Source: Rhodobacter capsulatus SB 1003
GTDB taxonomy: Bacteria; Pseudomonadota; Alphaproteobacteria; Rhodobacterales; Rhodobacteraceae
Direction of reading: 5' to 3'
Assembly (NCBI RefSeq): GCF_000021865.1
Contig: NC_014034.1
Span: 2,370,001 to 2,402,000 of the forward strand
DNA: 32,000 nt
Part shown: positions 29,798 through 32,000 of the stretch, one piece after another
Numbering within the stretch: the first letter of the stretch is position 1
How the letters are laid out: every line of letters starts with the position of its first letter
The notes under the pieces: model-generated
What the model was told of the DNA's origin: nothing
Databases searched by the model: none
What the model saw: only the letters and a program-made list of their open reading frames with translations
Program-made: the position numbers and the translations under genes

Positions 29798-30121
29798 TCA
29801 GATCGTGGCCGGGGTCCGATGCCGCAGACGCTGGGCGACCAGCGTGCGCCATTGCCACCCCGCGCGCAGCGGCGGCAGGCCGTGGTTCGCCCAACGCGCA
29901 TCGGCCCAGCCGCCCTGCCCCGGATCGGGCAGGACCAGAACGCTGCTTTCATGCGGCACCCGCCATTCCCGGGTCCAGACCAGATCCCAGCGCGGCCCGG
30001 CAAAGCGGACGCGCCAGCCCTGGCGGGCAAGATCGGCGGCAAGGATGTCCAGACCGGTCTCGGTCAGTTCCCAATATCTTGGGCGGCGGGTTGTCAGATA
30101 CAACAGCAGCTTGGCAATCAT
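29798..30121 (-). CDS. Hypothetical Trp/Arg-rich protein (107 aa)
   Basis: ATG 30119-30121 preceded by GGGGAG. GC3-rich codons. No family recognised (MIAKLLLYLTTRRPRYWELTETGLDILAADLARQGWRVRF...). Confidence 0.5.
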   Translation of the reverse strand: MIAKLLLYLTTRRPRYWELTETGLDILAADLARQGWRVRFAGPRWDLVWTREWRVPHESSVLVLPDPGQGGWADARWANHGLPPLRAGWQWRTLVAQRLRHRTPATI

Positions 30122-30217
30122 GGGCTCCCCCGGAAGGATCAACGGGATGTCGCAGGCGCTGCCCCGCGCCGGAACCGAGGCGGGAACGGATCCCCGAACG
30201 GGCGTCCCCGCGCCGGA

Positions 30218-30406
30218 TCAGCCTTGCGGGGGCAGCGATTTCACTACGATCCGCCACAGCCGCGGATCGCGGTTTTGCAGGAAATGGCGGCGGGCTTCCT
30301 CGGGATCATGGGTGAACCGGGTCTGCACCCGACCGCCGACGCGATGCGGCTGATCGGTGCGGGTGTCCACCATGGTCACGACGTAAAGCGGGGCGGCGGC
30401 CGTCAT
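30218..30406 (-). CDS. Hypothetical small protein (62 aa)
   Basis: ATG 30404-30406 overlaps the upstream stop (ATGA at 30403-30406). GC3-rich. MTAAAPLYVVTMVDTRTDQPHRVGGRVQTRFTHDPEEARRHFLQN... Confidence 0.5.
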   Translation of the reverse strand: MTAAAPLYVVTMVDTRTDQPHRVGGRVQTRFTHDPEEARRHFLQNRDPRLWRIVVKSLPPQG

Positions 30407-30657
30407 GCGAGGCCCCACAGCGCCAGACCGCCCCCGGCAAGGATCACGCCCGCCGCCGCCAGCCGCCACGCAAGCGGATCAGACCGGCCGGGCGCCCTTG
30501 TCAGTTCCCGCTCCGACCGCGCCGCCCGGCAATGCATCGCGGCCTCCTCGAACGGGTCGATACCCCAGGATTCGGCGGTGCGCAGCGGCGCGGCGAACTG
30601 CATCGGCAGCAGCCTGACCGGCTGGCGACGGGAGGGGATCGGCAGGGCATGTGTCAT
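30403..30657 (-). CDS. Hypothetical small protein with a C-terminal hydrophobic helix (tail-anchored type)
   Basis: ATG 30655-30657 preceded by AAGGA at about 7 nt. The C-terminal LAWRLAAAGVILAGGGLALWGLA looks like a TM segment. Confidence 0.5.
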   Translation of the reverse strand: MTHALPIPSRRQPVRLLPMQFAAPLRTAESWGIDPFEEAAMHCRAARSERELTRAPGRSDPLAWRLAAAGVILAGGGLALWGLA

Positions 30658-31033
30658 GACGGATCCTTTCGGGTGCAGGCGTCGGAACAGGATAAATACT
30701 CTATCGGAACGGTCGTCTTTACAAGGGAATAATCTCGTCCAATTCAGTCGTTATTTAGCAGATTGTTCCCCGACCGCACCGGAACGGCCCGCCAGGACAG
30801 GCGAAGATCTGCGTGCAAGCTATTGTTTTTAAATCACGATCAGAGATCGCATTGCACGGCCCCGCGATCCGCGACGGGCGGGCCGGGCGGCGGCATCGGC
30901 GCCACCGGGAACAGCTTCCTGCCCCGGCGCCGCAAAAGGGCAGGATCTTCTCTTTCCGCGCCGGTCTTTGGAACCACCAATCACGACAGATGTGATAGAC
31001 ATTAATCAACGCAACCCGACCGCAGAGGTTCCC

Positions 31034-31582
31034 ATGATCAAGACGCTGCTCGTTCCGGGCCTTGACGGCTCGCCCGCACCGCATTGGCAGGACTGGTGGG
31101 CCGCCACCGACCCGACCGCGCTGATGGTCGACCTGCCCTGCCCCGACCGGCCGATGCCCGATCTGTGGGAGGCGGAACTGGCGGGCATGGTGCTGCAACA
31201 CCCGAATGCGGTGCTGGTCGGCCACAGCCTGGGCGCGGTTCTGGTGGCGCGTCTGTTGTCGAAATGGCCGCAGATCGAGGTCCGGGCGGCGATGTTCGTC
31301 GCCCCCGCCGACACCCGCGGCGCCCGCCGGATCGGCCATTTCGGCTCGCCCTCGCGCCGGGCGCTGCCGGTGCCCAGCCTGCTCGTCGCCTCGCGCAACG
31401 ACCCCTGGATGAGCTTTGCCCGCGCCAGCGAACTGGCCACGGCCTGGGGCTCGGAACTGGTCGATCTGGGCGCGGCCGGTCACATCAATGTCGCCGCCGG
31501 TTTCGGCCCCTGGCCCGCGGGCAAGGCGCTGCGCGACCGGCTGCTTGGCCGCCTGACCCGCCCGGTGGAGAAAAGCGCATGA
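31034..31582 (+). CDS. Alpha/beta serine hydrolase of the YdeN/RBBP9 (Ser_hydrolase) family
   Basis: ATG 31034. LLVPGLDGSPAPHWQDWW, nucleophile elbow VGHSLGA, LVASRNDPW and GHIN match the family layout. 182 aa. Confidence 0.8.
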   Translation: MIKTLLVPGLDGSPAPHWQDWWAATDPTALMVDLPCPDRPMPDLWEAELAGMVLQHPNAVLVGHSLGAVLVARLLSKWPQIEVRAAMFVAPADTRGARRIGHFGSPSRRALPVPSLLVASRNDPWMSFARASELATAWGSELVDLGAAGHINVAAGFGPWPAGKALRDRLLGRLTRPVEKSA

Positions 31583-31683
31583 GACAGCTGTTCTGGCGCC
31601 CGCCCACCCTGCGCGACCGGCTGCTGCTTGGCCTGCTTCTGGCGGGCTGGGCGGGGCTGATCGTCGCCATCTTCCTGCAGTGA
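31579..31683 (+). CDS. Candidate 34-aa single-TM micropeptide
   Basis: The ATG overlaps the hydrolase stop (ATGA at 31579-31582). MRQLFWRPPTLRDRLLLGLLLAGWAGLIVAIFLQ has one clear hydrophobic helix. Confidence 0.4.
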   Translation: MRQLFWRPPTLRDRLLLGLLLAGWAGLIVAIFLQ

Positions 31684-31699
31684 CCCGAAGGAGACCGAC

Positions 31700-31816
31700 A
31701 TGCTCGACGGACGCCTCGACCCCGACCTGATCCGTCTTCTGGCCCCGCGCGCCGGGGACTTCCGCCCGCTGCCGCGCTGGCTGGCCCGGCTGCTGACCGG
31801 CCGGGGGCGGGCATGA
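31700..31816 (+). CDS. Candidate 38-aa small protein
   Basis: A strong GAAGGAGA RBS lies 6 nt upstream of ATG 31700. Its stop overlaps the next ATG (ATGA at 31813-31816). MLDGRLDPDLIRLLAPRAGDFRPLPRWLARLLTGRGRA. Confidence 0.4.
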   Translation: MLDGRLDPDLIRLLAPRAGDFRPLPRWLARLLTGRGRA

Positions 31817-32000
31817 CCGCCGCGCCCCCGCTTCGTCGGCATGTGCTGGTCATCGGCGGCGGCGCCTCGGGCGTGCTGATGGCCTGTCACCTGCTGCGCG
31901 CCGCCCCCGAAACCCGCGTCACCCTGATCGAGCGCGGCCCCCGCATCGGCCTTGGACTGGCCTATGCGACCGAGGACCCGGATCATCTGCTGAACACAAG
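31813..32000 (+). CDS. FAD/NAD(P)-binding oxidoreductase, 5' fragment (continues beyond the window)
   Basis: Own translation: MTAAPPLRRHVLVIGGGASGVLMACHLLRAAPETRVTLIERGPRIGLGLAYATEDPDHLLNT. This is a Rossmann GxGxxG dinucleotide-binding start. Confidence 0.7.
   Translation, partial: MTAAPPLRRHVLVIGGGASGVLMACHLLRAAPETRVTLIERGPRIGLGLAYATEDPDHLLNT

Noticed and set aside
29819-31483. ORFs 29819..30832 (+, 337 aa) and 30755..31483 (-, 242 aa)
   Set aside because: Both cross AT-rich intergenic DNA and lie antisense to better-supported genes that have RBSs and, for the hydrolase, family motifs. Their composition is Arg/Pro/Gly/Ala-rich.

Overview
High-GC, alphaproteobacterial-looking (Rhodobacter-like) chromosomal window. 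No rRNA, tRNA, CRISPR array, transposase or integrase was found. All family assignments come from motifs read by eye; no searches were run.

**Main feature (about 1.9-19.5 kb): a complete glycyl-radical-enzyme bacterial microcompartment (BMC) locus.**
- Fourteen tightly packed or overlapping minus-strand genes run from 16636 down to 4571.
- In order they encode: DJ-1/PfpI protein, 840-aa glycyl radical enzyme (GRE), Fe-alcohol dehydrogenase, PduA-like BMC-H, PduB-like BMC-T, a BMC-H with a long Pro/Glu/Ala tail, PduL, EutJ, a flavoprotein-fold protein, EutN/PduN BMC-P, a GlcG/DUF336 protein, CoA-acylating aldehyde dehydrogenase, a permuted PduU/EutS-like shell protein, and the radical-SAM activase.
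- Downstream on the same strand sit a soluble PocR-domain histidine kinase and a REC-AraC response regulator.
- Divergent from the operon are an uncharacterised 303-aa membrane protein and an acetate/propionate kinase.
- From memory, this gene content matches the GRM3 class (B12-independent 1,2-propanediol catabolism) reported in Rhodobacter capsulatus and Rhodopseudomonas palustris.
- The less explained parts are the accessory genes, the cis elements in the 640-bp divergent control region, and the unusual extensions on shell and cargo proteins.

**Flanking regions.**
- Glycan-modification genes lie on both sides: a GT/FkbM-methyltransferase fusion on the left, and two sulfotransferases plus a GT4 on the right. 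One sulfotransferase has an apparent 1-nt frameshift.
- A divergently split molybdate-type ABC transporter has a Mo-box-like palindrome between its halves.
- Further right are a class-I glutamine amidotransferase and an organosulfur-type cluster (NtaA/DszA-family flavin monooxygenase plus SsuABC-like transporter).
- The window ends with several small coupled ORFs, a YdeN/RBBP9-type hydrolase and the 5' end of an FAD-binding oxidoreductase.

Many long ORFs in the six-frame track are antisense mirror ORFs typical of high-GC DNA and were rejected.
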